Source: Campylobacter sp. (GTDB lineage: Bacteria; Campylobacterota; Campylobacteria; Campylobacterales; Campylobacteraceae). Taken from it: a stretch of DNA of 64,000 bases. Below the pieces are notes generated by a model. The model saw nothing but the letters and a program-made list of their open reading frames with translations, was not told the DNA's origin and did not search any database. Each line of letters begins with the position of its first letter. Within the stretch, counting starts at the first letter, position 1. The stretch lies in NCBI RefSeq assembly GCF_030528245.1, contig NZ_JAUMZG010000001.1:9974-73973 (forward strand). The letters run 5' to 3'. Position numbers and translations under genes: made by a program. Shown in pieces: positions 33,084 through 45,321 of the stretch.

Positions 33084-33911
33084 ATGCGGGTAGCGATTAT
33101 AGGACTTGGACTGATGGGGGGTTCTTTGGGGCTTTGTCTGAGGGAGAATAAGCTCATCAGCGCCGTTTATGGCTTGGATGCGGACGCAGAAAATGCAAAA
33201 GAAGCCCTAAATTTAGGTCTCATACACGAGCTTATTACCTTTGAGGGCTTGAAAAACTGCGACATGATCTTCATCGCCACGCCCGTGGATGCCATCATTA
33301 CCATCCTGCAAAATTTGCAGGGCCTAAGTTCAAGCACCACGCTTGTGGAATTTGGCAGCACCAAGAGAAAAATCATAGAAAATCTACCCCCCAGCCTCGC
33401 GAGGCAAACGATTTTTGCCCATCCCATGGCGGGCACGGAAAATAGCGGCCCTAAAGCGGCCTTTAAGTTCCTTTACAGAGATGCGGTTTGTGTGCTTTGT
33501 GATAGCGAGGTGGCTGAGGATCTGCATCAAAAAAGAGCGGTGGAAATTTTCTCACATCTTGGCATGCGCATCGTTTTTATGGACAGCATCGCTCACGATC
33601 ATCACACGGCCATCATTTCGCACCTGCCCCACGCGCTGAGTTTTTCTTTGGCGAATTTTGTCATGCGCGAGGAGGACAAGCGCAACATCGCCCACCTTGG
33701 CGGCCCCTCTTTCAAGGATATGTGCCGCATCGCAAAGTCCTCGCCGCTGATGTGGGGTAGCATTTTTTTGCAGAATAAAAACAACATTTTAGCCTCCATC
33801 GAGTGCTTCCAAAAGGAGCTGGAATTTTGCAAGGAGTTGATAAAAAATAGCCAAGAGGATGAGCTCAAGGAGTGGATGCGCAGGGCCAACGCTCTAAGGG
33901 AGATATTGTGA
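33084..33911 (+). CDS. tyrA: Prephenate dehydrogenase
   Basis: GLGLMGGS, HPMAGTE, HD...ISHLPH; TATAAT at 33038-33043. Confidence 0.94.
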   Translation: MRVAIIGLGLMGGSLGLCLRENKLISAVYGLDADAENAKEALNLGLIHELITFEGLKNCDMIFIATPVDAIITILQNLQGLSSSTTLVEFGSTKRKIIENLPPSLARQTIFAHPMAGTENSGPKAAFKFLYRDAVCVLCDSEVAEDLHQKRAVEIFSHLGMRIVFMDSIAHDHHTAIISHLPHALSFSLANFVMREEDKRNIAHLGGPSFKDMCRIAKSSPLMWGSIFLQNKNNILASIECFQKELEFCKELIKNSQEDELKEWMRRANALREIL

Positions 33912-33980
33912 TTTGCTGGATATTTACTCAATTGATATTAAATTTTTGCCTCGGGTTTGAATTGGGGGGATGTTGAACGG

Positions 33981-35336
33981 ATGAAAAAAAGCAAAAGTAT
34001 CGGCCTCATGCTGATCCTCATCGCTATGGCTGTGTTTTTCGCGTCAAATTTGAGCATTTTCGAGAGAAATTCCCCGCAAATTCTGGTCGATGATGTGCTT
34101 TATACGGACTTGAAAACGCCCATTTGGGTGCGCATCAAGGACGAGGAAAGCGGAATGAAAAATATCAAAATCACCCTCAAAAAGAGCGCAAATGACCCCG
34201 GCACGGTGCTAGCCGACGGGAGGGTTGGGATGAAGAAAGATTTGAGCTTGCAAATCAACCTACCCAAAGCGGGCTTTAAGGAAAAGATAGAGTCCTACAC
34301 TATGGAAATTTGGGCGAAGGATTCTAGCCTGTGGAATTTGGGCAACGAAAGCAAAAAGCAGGTTTTGATCATCACCGATACCACCAGGCCCAAGGTTGAG
34401 GTCCTAAGCCACTCCCGACAAATCGAGCAAGGGGGGGCGGGGAGCGTTGTTTTTGAGGCCAGTGATGCGAATTTGGCGCGGGTTTATATCCAGACAAAAA
34501 AGGGTAAAATTTTCAAAGCCATCCCCTACCTCAAGGAGGGCTATTATGCGGCCCTGCTTGCTTGGGATGCTAAGGATGAGGAATTTGAAGCCTTCATCAT
34601 GGCTGAGGACAGGGCGGGTAATGCCACAAAAGAGCGCATCAAGTATCAGGCCTTGAAGCGAAAATATCGCATTTCTAACATCAAGCTCAGCGATAAATTT
34701 TTGGATGGCAAGATAGAGAGCCTAGCCCATCAATATGCCCCGCAAAGCAGTAATTTAACGCGCTTTGAGAAATTTAAATTCGTCAATGAAACCCTGCGCG
34801 ATGATAACGAAAAGCTCATTCGCGAAATCACCGCGCAAGTGCCCGAGGAGAAGATTGAGAATTTCAGCATCCATCTGTTTTTGCCGCTCAAAAATGCGAT
34901 GAAAGTGGCTGATTTTGCCGATCATCGGTATTATTCTTACGAGGAGGAATTCATCAGCGACTCGTATCATATGGGGCTTGATTTGGCCAGCGTGGCGCAA
35001 GCGCCCATCATCAGCAATAACGCTGGAAGGGTGGTTTTTGCGGAGGAAAATGGAATTTACGGCCTCAATCTCATCCTCTACCACGGCTTTGGGCTTTATA
35101 GCCTCTATGGGCACTGCTCCTCCAAAAGCGTGGAGCTTGGGGAGATGGTGAGCGCTGGAAGCGTCATCGCGCGCACGGGTCTTAGCGGCCTGGCCCTGGG
35201 GGATCATCTGCATTTTGGCGTTTTGGTACAGGGCGTGGAAACGCGACCTGAGCAGTGGCAGGATAGGAAGTGGCTTGAAAATAATATTTATAAAATTCTC
35301 AACGAGGGCAGAAGAGCCATTTTAGGAGGAAAATGA
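33981..35336 (+). CDS. M23-family zinc metallopeptidase (Cj0131-like)
   Basis: HMGLD (HxxxD), YGHC, DHLHF (HxH); N-terminal TM; start 33957 or 33981. Confidence 0.9.
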   Translation: MKKSKSIGLMLILIAMAVFFASNLSIFERNSPQILVDDVLYTDLKTPIWVRIKDEESGMKNIKITLKKSANDPGTVLADGRVGMKKDLSLQINLPKAGFKEKIESYTMEIWAKDSSLWNLGNESKKQVLIITDTTRPKVEVLSHSRQIEQGGAGSVVFEASDANLARVYIQTKKGKIFKAIPYLKEGYYAALLAWDAKDEEFEAFIMAEDRAGNATKERIKYQALKRKYRISNIKLSDKFLDGKIESLAHQYAPQSSNLTRFEKFKFVNETLRDDNEKLIREITAQVPEEKIENFSIHLFLPLKNAMKVADFADHRYYSYEEEFISDSYHMGLDLASVAQAPIISNNAGRVVFAEENGIYGLNLILYHGFGLYSLYGHCSSKSVELGEMVSAGSVIARTGLSGLALGDHLHFGVLVQGVETRPEQWQDRKWLENNIYKILNEGRRAILGGK

Positions 35337-36220
35337 TGCGACAACTCACGCTAGCAAAGACGGTCAAAGGCACGGGGATAGGGCTTCACAAAGGCGAGCC
35401 CATCGATATCATTTTAGAGCCGCTGCAAGCAGACAGCGGGGTGGTATTTTTCAGAAGCGATCTCAACGCCAGCTACAAGGCAGAGCCTCGCAATGTCATC
35501 AACACGCGCCTTGCTACGGTCATCGGTGATGAGAGGGGCTTCATTTCTACCATAGAGCATTTGATGAGTGCGATCAATGCCTATGGCATCGATAATGTGC
35601 GCGTGGTTTTAAATTCCAACGAAGCGCCCGTGATGGACGGCTCGAGCATTAGCTTTTGTATGATGCTGGATGAGGCGGGCGTGGTGGAGCAGGACGCGGC
35701 GAAGAAGATCATGGTGATCAAAAGGGCCATTGAGGTCAGAGACGGGGAGAAATTTGTGCGCCTTGTGCCGAGCAAAGAGCCTAAAATCAACTACACGATT
35801 AAATTTGACCATCTGCTCATCGGCAAGCAAAGCTATAGTTTTGAATTCAGTAAGAAAAATTACATCGAAAACATCGCCCGGGCTAGGACCTTTGGATTTT
35901 TAAGGGAGGTTCAGGCCCTAAGAGCGGCGAATTTGGGACTGGGCGGGAGCCTAGAAAACACCATCGTTTTGGATGAAAATCGCATTTTAAACCCCGAAGG
36001 ACTGCGCTTTAAGGACGAATTTGTGCGGCATAAAATTTTAGACGCGATTGGGGATTTAAGCCTGCTGGGGTATAGAGTTTTTGGGGACTACATCGCTTAT
36101 GCGGGCAGCCATCATCTCAATCATCTTCTAACAAAAGAGGTGCTGAAAAATAAAGACTGCTACGAGCTTGTAAGCCTTGAAAAAGGCACAGAAAAATCCT
36201 ACGAAAGGGTCTTTGCCTAG
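35333..36220 (+). CDS. lpxC: UDP-3-O-acyl-N-acetylglucosamine deacetylase
   Basis: GIGLH.G, TIEHL, ARTFGF, HKILDAIGD. Confidence 0.97.
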   Translation: MMRQLTLAKTVKGTGIGLHKGEPIDIILEPLQADSGVVFFRSDLNASYKAEPRNVINTRLATVIGDERGFISTIEHLMSAINAYGIDNVRVVLNSNEAPVMDGSSISFCMMLDEAGVVEQDAAKKIMVIKRAIEVRDGEKFVRLVPSKEPKINYTIKFDHLLIGKQSYSFEFSKKNYIENIARARTFGFLREVQALRAANLGLGGSLENTIVLDENRILNPEGLRFKDEFVRHKILDAIGDLSLLGYRVFGDYIAYAGSHHLNHLLTKEVLKNKDCYELVSLEKGTEKSYERVFA

Positions 36221-36661
36221 ATGCACACGCTTTTGCTCAACGCCCTTTCTAAGCCCATGATGCTAGGAATTTACGCGCAGGACAGGCTCATCAAAACATA
36301 CGAAAGCTGGGCGAGGGCGAGTGAGTTTGTCCCTCAAGTTTTGCAAGAAGTGCTGGAGAAATTCAGCCTCTCGCGGCTCATTTACGCCAATGGGCCCGGC
36401 TCTTACATGGGGATTAAAATTTCTTACATCAGCCTTAAAACCCTCAGCATCGTTAGGGGCATTCCCCTTTTTGCCGTTAGCGCCTTTGCCCTCAATAACT
36501 TCGCTCCCATAGCGGCGAATCGGCATTTTTGCTTCGTGTATGATGGGGGTGAGATTACCCTGAAAAAGGACGTCGCTGGAGAATTTCATCTGCCCCTGAG
36601 CCTGCAGGAGCTCGCCCTGAGTGGGGACAATTTGCCCTTTTATTTTTTGGATGTGATTTAG
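36221..36661 (+). CDS. tsaB: TsaB-like tRNA t6A biosynthesis protein (Cj0133-like)
   Basis: YANGPGSYMGIK motif. Confidence 0.75.
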   Translation: MHTLLLNALSKPMMLGIYAQDRLIKTYESWARASEFVPQVLQEVLEKFSLSRLIYANGPGSYMGIKISYISLKTLSIVRGIPLFAVSAFALNNFAPIAANRHFCFVYDGGEITLKKDVAGEFHLPLSLQELALSGDNLPFYFLDVI

Positions 36662-36669
36662 GATAGGTT

Positions 36670-37548
36670 TTGAAAATTTTAACCCCAGCCACGAGTGCGA
36701 ATTTGGGACCGGGATTTGACTGCTTGGGACTTGCTTTGAAATTTTTTAACGAAGTGCGCGTGGAAAAAAGCCCCTTTTTTAGCATCAGTATCAAGGGCGA
36801 GGGCAGTGAGAGTCTCTACCTCAAAAAGCAAAATATTTTTGTGAAAATTTTTAATGAAATTTATGAGAGATTGAACGGAAAGCGGGATAATTTTCGCTTC
36901 ATTTTTCAAAACAACATCCCCCTTTCAAGGGGGCTTGGGAGCTCTTCGGCCGTGATAGTGGCAGCGATCGCGGCGGCCTTTCACATGAGTGGCTTTAGGC
37001 CTGAAAAGGAGAGCATTTTAAACGAGGCTCTCCTTTATGAAAATCACCCCGACAACATCGCCCCCGCCACGCTTGGGGGCTTTGTTTGCTCTGTGGTGGA
37101 GAAAAACCGCGTTCATAGCATCAAAAGGGACATCGATGAGGATTTGCGCGGGGTGATCGTCGTGCCTAATGTATCGATGAGTACCGAGAAGAGTCGCAAT
37201 GTTTTGCCCAAAAATTTGAGTTTTGATGATGGGGTTTTCAACCTCACGCACGCTTCTTTTTTGACGGCGTGCTTTTTGGAGAAAAGATACGAGCTTTTGC
37301 GGCTTGCCAGCAGGGATAAACTGCACGAATTCAAACGCATGCAAACCCTGCCGGAGCTTTTTGAAGTGCAGAAATTTGCCCTGCAAAATGGGGCCTTGAT
37401 GAGCACTTTGTCGGGTTCGGGCTCAAGTTTTTTTAATCTAGCCTACAAGGACGGGGCAGAATTCCTCGCCAAAAAAATGCGGGATAAATTTAGGGACTTT
37501 CGCACGATGTGCTTGGAATTTGATAACGAGGGGCTTGAAATTTGCTAA
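36670..37548 (+). CDS. thrB: Homoserine kinase
   Basis: PATSANLGPGFD, PLSRGLGSSSA, HPDN, SGSGS. Confidence 0.97.
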   Translation: MKILTPATSANLGPGFDCLGLALKFFNEVRVEKSPFFSISIKGEGSESLYLKKQNIFVKIFNEIYERLNGKRDNFRFIFQNNIPLSRGLGSSSAVIVAAIAAAFHMSGFRPEKESILNEALLYENHPDNIAPATLGGFVCSVVEKNRVHSIKRDIDEDLRGVIVVPNVSMSTEKSRNVLPKNLSFDDGVFNLTHASFLTACFLEKRYELLRLASRDKLHEFKRMQTLPELFEVQKFALQNGALMSTLSGSGSSFFNLAYKDGAEFLAKKMRDKFRDFRTMCLEFDNEGLEIC

Positions 37549-37826
37549 AAGATGCAAAAAAAAGTATAATCACGCCCAAACGCAGGCCTGTTAGGATGTG
37601 TATTCTATGCAAAAATCGTTTCAAGCAAAAAGAACTTTATCGTTTTGTCGTTCAAGATAATGCGCTTTGTTTTGGTGTGAAATCAGGACGGGGGGTTTAT
37701 TTGTGTGGAATTTGCATTGAAAATACGCATAAAAAATGGCACAAGGCACTTTCAAAGGCGTGTAAAAGCACGATAAAAACTTCGCAACAGGATTTGAAGG
37801 AGATGGTTTTCAATGGCAAAAATTAG
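37542..37826 (+). CDS. YlxR/DUF448-family RNA-binding protein
   Basis: [19 protein letters not shown]; upstream of infB; start uncertain. Confidence 0.8.
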   Translation: MLKDAKKSIITPKRRPVRMCILCKNRFKQKELYRFVVQDNALCFGVKSGRGVYLCGICIENTHKKWHKALSKACKSTIKTSQQDLKEMVFNGKN

Positions 37827-40383
37827 AATACACGAAATCGCAAAAGAGCTCGGCTATGACAGCAAGGACATCATCCAAAAGGCTAATGAGCTAGGGCTTG
37901 GCATTAAAACCGCTTCAAACGCCGTGGATGCTGAGATCGCGGCGGGGATTTATGAATACATACAAACAAAGATCGTCCCAGAAATTTTCAAAAAAGTTAA
38001 AAAAACAAGCGCGGACAAAAAGCCCAAAAAAACAGAAAAAACCCCCGCCAAAGAAGTGAAAAAAGCCACTGCGTCAAAAAAAGAGCCCGATCCTAAAGAA
38101 GCGGAGCCTGCAAAGGAGGTCGCCGCTGAGCAAACCGCGCAAATCCCACCCAGCCAATCGCCTCAAAGCCTCGCCAGTGCGACCCTAGCTAAGAGGCGCG
38201 GGCTTGTCATCGTCAAAAAGAAAAGGGATGGTGAGCAAAGGCTAGAAGAGCCGAAGCCAAGCCCTTCGGCGACAAATTCTGAGCGGCCAAGTTTGTCGAT
38301 GATTTTTTCCCATACTGATGAGAACTTGAAAAAAAAGAAGAAAGAAAAAAAGCCCACTCAGGCGACAAAAAAAGAAAGCGCTGAAAAGATGGATTTTTTG
38401 AGCGATCATGATTTTGCCGATATTTCGCTTGAGGATGAGGATGAGGTGGTTTTGCCAGACTTTAGCGTCAGGGAGCAGCCTCAGGTGCAAAACACCATCA
38501 AAAAGCCGCCGAATTTTTTACGCCAAGCTGTGGGGAATTCTGCAAATTTCACTGAGGGCGGCATACAAAGAAGGGGTCGCAAAAAGCCGCCAAAACGCGT
38601 GGAAAAAAAGGAAAACGAGGCCATCACAAGGGTGGAAATTCCTAAAGAAATTCGCGTCTATGAATTTGCCGACAAGCTTGGAAAAAACACAAGCGAAATC
38701 ATCTCAAAGCTTTTCATGCTGGGCATGATGACGACTAAGAATGATTTTTTGGACGAGGCGGCGATTGAAATTTTAGCCGAGGAATTTGGCGTGGAGGTGA
38801 GCATCATCGATGAATCGAGCGAATTTGACTATGTCAAGGACTATGATGCGCAGAGTGAGGCTGAGGATTTGGAGGCTAGGGCGCCGGTTATCACGATAAT
38901 GGGGCATGTGGATCACGGCAAAACCTCACTTTTAGACCACATACGCAATAGCCGCGTAGCAAGCGGCGAGGCGGGGGGCATCACGCAGCATGTGGGCGCT
39001 TACATGGTGGAGAAAAATGGGCGCAAAATCACCTTCATCGACACTCCCGGACACGAGGCCTTCACGGCGATGCGTGCGAGGGGGGCTAGCATCACGGACA
39101 TCGTGATCATTGTCGTGGCGGCTGATGATGGGGTCAAGCCTCAAACCAAAGAAGCGATCAATCACGCCAAGGCCGCAGGAGTGCCGCTCATCATCGCCAT
39201 CAATAAAATGGACAAAGAAGCCGCTAACCCGGACATGGTAAAAACGCAGCTTGCCGAGCTTGAAATCATGCCGGTGGATTGGGGCGGGCATTACGAATTC
39301 GTGCCCGTATCGGCCAGGACGGGTGCGGGGATTGAGGATTTGCTGGAAATCGTGCTTTTGCAAGCCGATCTTTTGGAGCTTAAAGCGAGTCCTAAGAATT
39401 TCGCCAAGGCTAGCATCATAGAAAGCTCTGTGCAGAAAGGCCGCGGCGCGGTGGCCACGCTCATCGTGCAAAATGGCACACTCAAGGTGGGAAGCACCGT
39501 CGTGGCGGGGACGGCCTATGGTAAAGTCAGGGCGATGAGCGATGATAGGGGCAGGGCACTGAAAGAAATCCGCCCCGGAGAGTGCGGGGTCATCGTGGGG
39601 CTTAGTGGCGTGGCGGAGGCGGGTGAAATTTTAATCGCCGTTAAAAGTGATAAAGAGGCGAGAGAATACGCAAGCAAACGCCAAGAATACAACCGCCAGA
39701 GAGAATTGAGCAAATCCACAAAGGTGAGCCTTGATGAACTTGGAGCGAGGATCAAAGAGGGCAATCTCAAGGCCCTGCCCGTGATTTTAAAAGCCGATGT
39801 GCAGGGCTCACTGGAGGCACTGAGGGCGAGTTTGGAAAAGCTTAAAAACGATGAAATCAAGGTCAATATCATCCACAGCGGCGTGGGCGGCATCACACAA
39901 AGCGATATCGAACTGGCTAGCGCGAGTGAGGACTCCATCGTGCTGGGCTTTAACATCCGCCCGACAGGAGAGATGAAGGAGAAGGCTAAGGACAAGGGCG
40001 TGGAAATCAAAACCTACAATGTCATCTACAATCTCATCGATGATGTGAAGGCCCTGCTGGGCGGGATGATGAGCCCGGTCATTTCTGAGGAGCAGTTGGG
40101 GCAGGCTGAAATTCGTCAGGTCATTTCTGTGCCAAAAATCGGTCAAATCGCGGGCTGTATGGTTACAGAGGGCGTGATAAACCGCGGGGCTAAAATCCGC
40201 CTCATCCGTGAGGGAGTGGTGGTTTTTGAGGGCAATGTCAGCTCACTCAAGCGCTTTAAGGATGATGCCAAAGAGGTCGCTAGGGGCTATGAATGCGGCG
40301 TGGGCATAGAGGGCTGTGAGGATATGCGCGTGGGGGATTACATAGAAAGCTATAAAGAGGTGGAAAATCAGGCCAGTCTATGA
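37813..40383 (+). CDS. infB: Translation initiation factor IF-2
   Basis: [34 protein letters not shown]. Confidence 0.98.
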   Translation: MAKIRIHEIAKELGYDSKDIIQKANELGLGIKTASNAVDAEIAAGIYEYIQTKIVPEIFKKVKKTSADKKPKKTEKTPAKEVKKATASKKEPDPKEAEPAKEVAAEQTAQIPPSQSPQSLASATLAKRRGLVIVKKKRDGEQRLEEPKPSPSATNSERPSLSMIFSHTDENLKKKKKEKKPTQATKKESAEKMDFLSDHDFADISLEDEDEVVLPDFSVREQPQVQNTIKKPPNFLRQAVGNSANFTEGGIQRRGRKKPPKRVEKKENEAITRVEIPKEIRVYEFADKLGKNTSEIISKLFMLGMMTTKNDFLDEAAIEILAEEFGVEVSIIDESSEFDYVKDYDAQSEAEDLEARAPVITIMGHVDHGKTSLLDHIRNSRVASGEAGGITQHVGAYMVEKNGRKITFIDTPGHEAFTAMRARGASITDIVIIVVAADDGVKPQTKEAINHAKAAGVPLIIAINKMDKEAANPDMVKTQLAELEIMPVDWGGHYEFVPVSARTGAGIEDLLEIVLLQADLLELKASPKNFAKASIIESSVQKGRGAVATLIVQNGTLKVGSTVVAGTAYGKVRAMSDDRGRALKEIRPGECGVIVGLSGVAEAGEILIAVKSDKEAREYASKRQEYNRQRELSKSTKVSLDELGARIKEGNLKALPVILKADVQGSLEALRASLEKLKNDEIKVNIIHSGVGGITQSDIELASASEDSIVLGFNIRPTGEMKEKAKDKGVEIKTYNVIYNLIDDVKALLGGMMSPVISEEQLGQAEIRQVISVPKIGQIAGCMVTEGVINRGAKIRLIREGVVVFEGNVSSLKRFKDDAKEVARGYECGVGIEGCEDMRVGDYIESYKEVENQASL

Positions 40384-40733
40384 GGGCGGACACGCTAAAG
40401 AGGCTTCGCACTGAAAGCGTTTTGAGGGAGCTTATCCCTGAGGCTTTGGCGCACTTGGACGATGAGAATTTAAAAAATCTTTGCGTGGTGGATGTGGAAT
40501 GCAAAAGGGGGCGCTATGATGCCTTTGTATATTTGGATAAGATGTTTTTCAATACGCAGGAGCAGGAGCGAATTTTAAACGCACTCAAAAAAGCCTCCAA
40601 GGCCTTGCAAAATTATTGCATGGGGGAGCAGGGCTGGTATCGCTGCCCGAATTTTCACTTTAAATTTGACGATAGGCTGGAGTACCAAAATCATTTGGAT
40701 GCGCTTTTTGAGAAGATAAAAAAGGAAAAATGA
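40380..40733 (+). CDS. rbfA: Ribosome-binding factor A
   Basis: Follows infB; epsilon-type RbfA (V.DV.C.RGRYDA.V, P.FHFKFD). Confidence 0.9.
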   Translation: MRADTLKRLRTESVLRELIPEALAHLDDENLKNLCVVDVECKRGRYDAFVYLDKMFFNTQEQERILNALKKASKALQNYCMGEQGWYRCPNFHFKFDDRLEYQNHLDALFEKIKKEK

Positions 40734-41149
40734 TGGATTATGAAGCCTTGTGCCGCGAAGCAGGGGTGGAATTTTACGACCATGAGCTAGCGAATGAAAG
40801 CGGCAAAAAAATTTTTCGCATCTTCATCACGAAAAAAGGCGGCGTGAATTTGGACGACTGTGCGCGTTTGAGTGAAATTTTATCGCCCATTTTTGATGTC
40901 TGTCCGCCCGTGTCGGGGGAGTATTTTTTGGAGGTGTCCTCACCCGGACTGGAAAGGAAACTCAGCACCTTGGAGCATTTTCAAAAAAGCATCGGAGAAG
41001 GGGTCAAACTCAGCCTAGAGGATGAGAGCAAAATTTGCGGAAAGCTTTTGGCCGTGAGGGGGGAGGAGATAGAGCTTGGGGTCAATGGGAGCAAAATTTG
41101 CATCGCTTGGGAGCGGATCAAAAAGGCTAAAACCTTCATAGAATGGTGA
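40730..41149 (+). CDS. rimP: Ribosome maturation factor RimP
   Basis: GVNLDDC, YFLEVSSPGLERKL. Confidence 0.95.
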   Translation: MMDYEALCREAGVEFYDHELANESGKKIFRIFITKKGGVNLDDCARLSEILSPIFDVCPPVSGEYFLEVSSPGLERKLSTLEHFQKSIGEGVKLSLEDESKICGKLLAVRGEEIELGVNGSKICIAWERIKKAKTFIEW

Positions 41150-41187
41150 TTTCACGGACCCAATCAGCATCCGCGCGAGGGTCTAAA

Positions 41188-41203
41188 GTTTCTAAAAAGT
41201 TTC
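41188..41203 (+). promoter_or_regulatory. PhosR (pho) box GTTTCTAAAAAGTTTC upstream of phoX
   Basis: Exact match to the recalled C. jejuni consensus GTTTCNAAAANGTTTC, about 55 bp upstream of the phoX start. Confidence 0.8.
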
Positions 41204-41257
41204 CAAAAATCTTTAAAATTTAAGTGCAAAATTTCATTTCATAACAAAAGGATAAAT

Positions 41258-43042
41258 ATGCAAAGAAGGACTTTTTTAAAGGGTTCGGCTGCTTCTATGG
41301 TGGCTTTTTTGGGTGCTTCTAGCCTGAGTGCTGCAGTGAGCGGGGGCAAGGATTTGCTCGGCTTTAAGGCTGTGGGTATTAGCACGGAGGATAATTTTGT
41401 CGTGCCTGAGGGCTATGAGGCTAAGGTTTTGGTGAGCTGGGGCGATCCGCTTTTCAGTAAGGCTTTGCCCTTTGATGAGGCTAAAAATATCAGCCCCGCA
41501 TACGCTAAAAACGCCCAACTTGTCTTCGGCGATAATAATGACGGGATGAGCTATTTTCCGGTTTCAAAAACGCGGGCGATTTTGGCGGTTAATAATGAAT
41601 ATGTCAATCCCGAGCTTATGTTCAATCACAATGGTAAGAATTTAACCAAAGATGATGTGGCTTACGAGCAGGCTAGCCTTGGCGTTAGCATTGTGGAAAT
41701 AGAAAAAAAGGGCGATGTGTGGAGCGTGGTCAAGGACTCCAAATACAACCGCCGCATCGATGCGAACACCAAAATGACCGTGAGCGGAGGGGCCAAAGAA
41801 GCCGTGCTTAAGGGCGAGAAATTTGTCTATGGGACCCTAAACAACTGCGCGAATGGCCAAACGCCTTGGGGCACCTACCTAACCTGTGAGGAAAATGTCG
41901 ATACCTTCTTTGGAAGCTCGGATGAAAATATCAGCTTTGATGAGGGGCAAAAGCGCTTCGGCTTTAAGACAAAAAGCGCTTACGGCTGGGAAAAATTTGA
42001 CGCGAGATTTGACTTGGCTAAAAACCCTGACGAGGCCAATCGCTTCGGCTGGGTTGTTGAAATCAATCCCTACGATGCCAAAAGCACCCCTGTGAAAAGG
42101 ACGGCTTTGGGACGCTTCAAGCACGAAAATGTGGAGCTCATCGTGGAAAAAGACGGCTCGGTCGTTGCCTACATGGGCGATGATGAGGCGGGTGAGTTCA
42201 TCTATAAATTCGTAAGCAAGCACAAATATCAAAAGGGCAAAGATGCGAGTAAAATTTTGGATGAGGGAACTTTGTATGTGGGGCAGTTTAACGGCGCTGT
42301 GGGCGATATGAAGGGCAGTGGAAAGTGGATCGCCCTAGAATTTGGCAAAAACGGCTTGGATGAGAGCAAGGGCTTCAAGTCTCAGGCGGATATTTTGATC
42401 AATCCAAGACTGGCAGGCTCCATTGTCGGCGCGACTCCTATGGATAGATGTGAGTGGATAGCCAGCCACAAGGAAAGCGGCTCGAAAGAGGTTTTTGCCA
42501 CCCTCACAAACAATAAAAGCCGCAAGGAGCCAAACGCAGCAAACCCTAGAGCGAAAAATGTTTACGGGCAAATCATCAAGTGGGGCCCTAAAAATTCACA
42601 CAAAGATGAGGATTTTAGCTGGGAAATTTTCGTCCTAGCAGGCAATCCTGACAATCAAAGCACCCTCAACAAAGGCTCTAGCAATATCACCAGTGAGAAC
42701 AAATTCAACTCCCCAGATGGCCTTGGTTTTGACAAGGATGGCAGGCTTTGGATACAAACGGACGGGGCCTACTCAAACAAGGACGATTACGAGGGTATGG
42801 GAAATAATCAAATGCTAGCCGCCGACCCCAAAACAGGCGAAATCAAGCGCTTCTTAACCGGGCCTGTGGCGAGTGAGATCACGGGGCTGGCCTTCAATGA
42901 GGACTACACGACTATGTTTGTGGGCATCCAGCATCCGGGCGAAAAGCTCATAGAAAGCCATTTTCCAGGCGGGGGCAACACCACTCCAAAAAGCACAATC
43001 ATGCAGATCAGAAAGCTTGATGGCGGCGTGATAGGCAGCTAA
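41258..43042 (+). CDS. phoX: Tat-exported alkaline phosphatase PhoX
   Basis: RRTFLK twin-arginine signal, [40 protein letters not shown]. Confidence 0.95.
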   Translation: MQRRTFLKGSAASMVAFLGASSLSAAVSGGKDLLGFKAVGISTEDNFVVPEGYEAKVLVSWGDPLFSKALPFDEAKNISPAYAKNAQLVFGDNNDGMSYFPVSKTRAILAVNNEYVNPELMFNHNGKNLTKDDVAYEQASLGVSIVEIEKKGDVWSVVKDSKYNRRIDANTKMTVSGGAKEAVLKGEKFVYGTLNNCANGQTPWGTYLTCEENVDTFFGSSDENISFDEGQKRFGFKTKSAYGWEKFDARFDLAKNPDEANRFGWVVEINPYDAKSTPVKRTALGRFKHENVELIVEKDGSVVAYMGDDEAGEFIYKFVSKHKYQKGKDASKILDEGTLYVGQFNGAVGDMKGSGKWIALEFGKNGLDESKGFKSQADILINPRLAGSIVGATPMDRCEWIASHKESGSKEVFATLTNNKSRKEPNAANPRAKNVYGQIIKWGPKNSHKDEDFSWEIFVLAGNPDNQSTLNKGSSNITSENKFNSPDGLGFDKDGRLWIQTDGAYSNKDDYEGMGNNQMLAADPKTGEIKRFLTGPVASEITGLAFNEDYTTMFVGIQHPGEKLIESHFPGGGNTTPKSTIMQIRKLDGGVIGS

Positions 43043-43896
43043 AATTTGCTCCTTAGGATTGTCAAAGCGTTTTGATGATTGAGGGGCTTGGCGGAGAATT
43101 TTTTGTTGAAGGTTCTCTGCCTTTTTGCAAGCTGCGCGGTGTGAGTGTTGATGCGGATTTCAAGCTCATCGCGAGAAATTTTACCCTCCAAAAAATCCCT
43201 ACTTTCTTTTAGACCTATGGAATTTAGCGGCTTTAAATTCCCATCAAAATTTTTAAAAAGATAACTAGCCTCCTCGAGCAGCCCGTTTTTTAACATCATT
43301 TTCGTGCGTTTGGCGATCTTGTTTTTCAAGTCCTCCCTCTCCCAAAGCAGCTCGTAAATTTCTATACCCTCAAGCACCCCTTTTTGACGGGTATTTTGCA
43401 AAAATTCACTGGGGATTTGACCCGTGCTCTCGTAGATGTTGAGCCATTTTTTCAAGCGATAGCTGTCGTTTTTCTCCACCCTAAAATGAGGATCCAGCTC
43501 ACAGCGCAGCGCGTAAATTTCATCATTGCTTAAAAAAACGGGACCTTCTTCTACCTTTTCACTCAGGCCATCCAGCATCGTTTTGAGATAAAAACCCGTC
43601 CCCCCCGTGATGATGAGAGCCTTGCCTTGCGCCCTAGCGTGGCGTTTAGCCCTCTCATACTCCTTGATGAACAAGGCCACATTAAAGCGCTCCCTCACGC
43701 TTAAAAGATTCACGCCAAAATAATCCATCCGCGCTAAATCCTGTGGCGAAGTTTTGGCGTTGGCGATGTTGATTTCCCGATAAACACAGAGGCTATCCAG
43801 ACTCAAAACCACAGCCCCAAATTCCAAGGCTAAAGCGTTGGCAAGGGCGGTTTTTCCGCTTGCGGTGGTGCCGATGAGGGCGAGTTCGAAAAACAT
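43039..43896 (-). CDS. miaA: tRNA dimethylallyltransferase
   Basis: [27 protein letters not shown]; start at MFFEL. Confidence 0.95.
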   Translation of the reverse strand: MFFELALIGTTASGKTALANALALEFGAVVLSLDSLCVYREINIANAKTSPQDLARMDYFGVNLLSVRERFNVALFIKEYERAKRHARAQGKALIITGGTGFYLKTMLDGLSEKVEEGPVFLSNDEIYALRCELDPHFRVEKNDSYRLKKWLNIYESTGQIPSEFLQNTRQKGVLEGIEIYELLWEREDLKNKIAKRTKMMLKNGLLEEASYLFKNFDGNLKPLNSIGLKESRDFLEGKISRDELEIRINTHTAQLAKRQRTFNKKFSAKPLNHQNALTILRSKF

Positions 43897-43960
43897 CGTG
43901 CTTTTTCCTAAAAATTTATGAAATTCCTGTAAAATTATAACAAAAAGCAAAAGGGCAAAG

Positions 43961-44836
43961 ATGGCAAAACTATGGCTCAAATTCAAGGACATTTTAGAGC
44001 TTGTGGTCTTCAAACACTCCATTTTTGCCCTGCCTTTTTTATTCGCGGCGATGGTTGTGGCCTCGCAAATTCAAAACGGCAGTACTTGGTTTGGCCTCTC
44101 ATCTTTGATTTTAGGGGCGCTTTGTGCGGTGAGTGCAAGGAATTTCGCCATGGCGGTCAATCGCCTCATGGATGAGGACATCGACAGGGACAATCCCCGC
44201 TGCAAGGACCGCCCCAACATCAGCGGCAAGATAGGGCGCAAAAGTGTCGTGCTTTTCATCCTAGCCAACGCCGCCATTTTCGTGCTTTGCAGCTCTTTTA
44301 TCAACGCCCTAGCCTTTTACCTTTCTTTTCCCGTGCTTTTCATCCTAGCTTTTTACTCAGCCTTCAAGCGTTTTAGCGCTTTGGCGCATCTGGTTTTAGG
44401 GCTTTGCTTGGGACTTGCACCCATCGCGGGCAGTGTGGTGGTGCTGGGTGAAATTCACATCTTCAGCGTGGTTTTGTGCTTGGGCGTTATGTTTTGGACC
44501 GCAGGCTTTGACCTGCTTTACGCCCTGCAGGATATGGAGTATGACAGGGCGAGGGGTCTGCACTCCATCCCGGCGAAATTTGGCGCCCCAGCCACGCTCT
44601 TCATCGCAGCCCTTTGTCATCTCTTGGCCGTGCTTTTTTGGCTTTTGTTCGTTTGGATGGCGCCGCTTGGGTTTGTGGCCTTTGTAGGGGTTGGGATTTG
44701 CGGGGGGATTTTGTTTTTTGAGCACTCCATCGTGCGGAAGAATTTCGCCCACATTGACAGGGCCTTTTTCACGCTCAATGGCTACTTGAGTGTGGTGTTT
44801 TTTGTCTTCATTTGGATGGATTTATTATGGAGTTGA
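43961..44836 (+). CDS. mqnP: Menaquinone (futalosine pathway) prenyltransferase, UbiA family
   Basis: [31 protein letters not shown]. Confidence 0.88.
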   Translation: MAKLWLKFKDILELVVFKHSIFALPFLFAAMVVASQIQNGSTWFGLSSLILGALCAVSARNFAMAVNRLMDEDIDRDNPRCKDRPNISGKIGRKSVVLFILANAAIFVLCSSFINALAFYLSFPVLFILAFYSAFKRFSALAHLVLGLCLGLAPIAGSVVVLGEIHIFSVVLCLGVMFWTAGFDLLYALQDMEYDRARGLHSIPAKFGAPATLFIAALCHLLAVLFWLLFVWMAPLGFVAFVGVGICGGILFFEHSIVRKNFAHIDRAFFTLNGYLSVVFFVFIWMDLLWS

Positions 44837-45321
44837 AGCTTTTTGCAGCAGGACTGGAGGTGGATTTAGAGTGCTGCGAGCTCGAAAACAACCCCTTCTC
44901 GCAAGAATACCTAAAACTCTCCGCCCTCTCGGCCCTTAGCAAGTGGAAAAAACTTGCCGCACGGGTGGAATTTGAAGAGGGAGAGAGGATCATTTTTGAC
45001 CTGCTTTTGAGTCTGAAGGAGGACATTTTGAGGCTTGAAAACGCCTTGAGTGCGGATAGGGAACTTTTACCCCTCAAACAAAGAGCAGTGATTAGGGCCT
45101 TGAATTTTGAGCATTTTGATTTTGCCGAGGGGGTTTTGGAAAGGGATAAAATTTATTATTTGAGAGCGGGGCTTAATCATCAAATTTTAGCCCTTTTCAT
45201 CAGGGCAGAGAGTGAGAATTTGGCGAGAATTGTGAAGATCAAGCCCGAAGATAGGGCAGTGTTTGACGCCTTTGTCGTGGCGATTCAGAGGGAAAATATT
45301 ATCAATAGCAGGGGAAAATGA
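44827..45321 (+). CDS. Conserved hypothetical protein (Cj0163c-like)
   Basis: ORF overlapping its neighbours in the operon; syntenic. Confidence 0.7.
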   Translation: MELKLFAAGLEVDLECCELENNPFSQEYLKLSALSALSKWKKLAARVEFEEGERIIFDLLLSLKEDILRLENALSADRELLPLKQRAVIRALNFEHFDFAEGVLERDKIYYLRAGLNHQILALFIRAESENLARIVKIKPEDRAVFDAFVVAIQRENIINSRGK

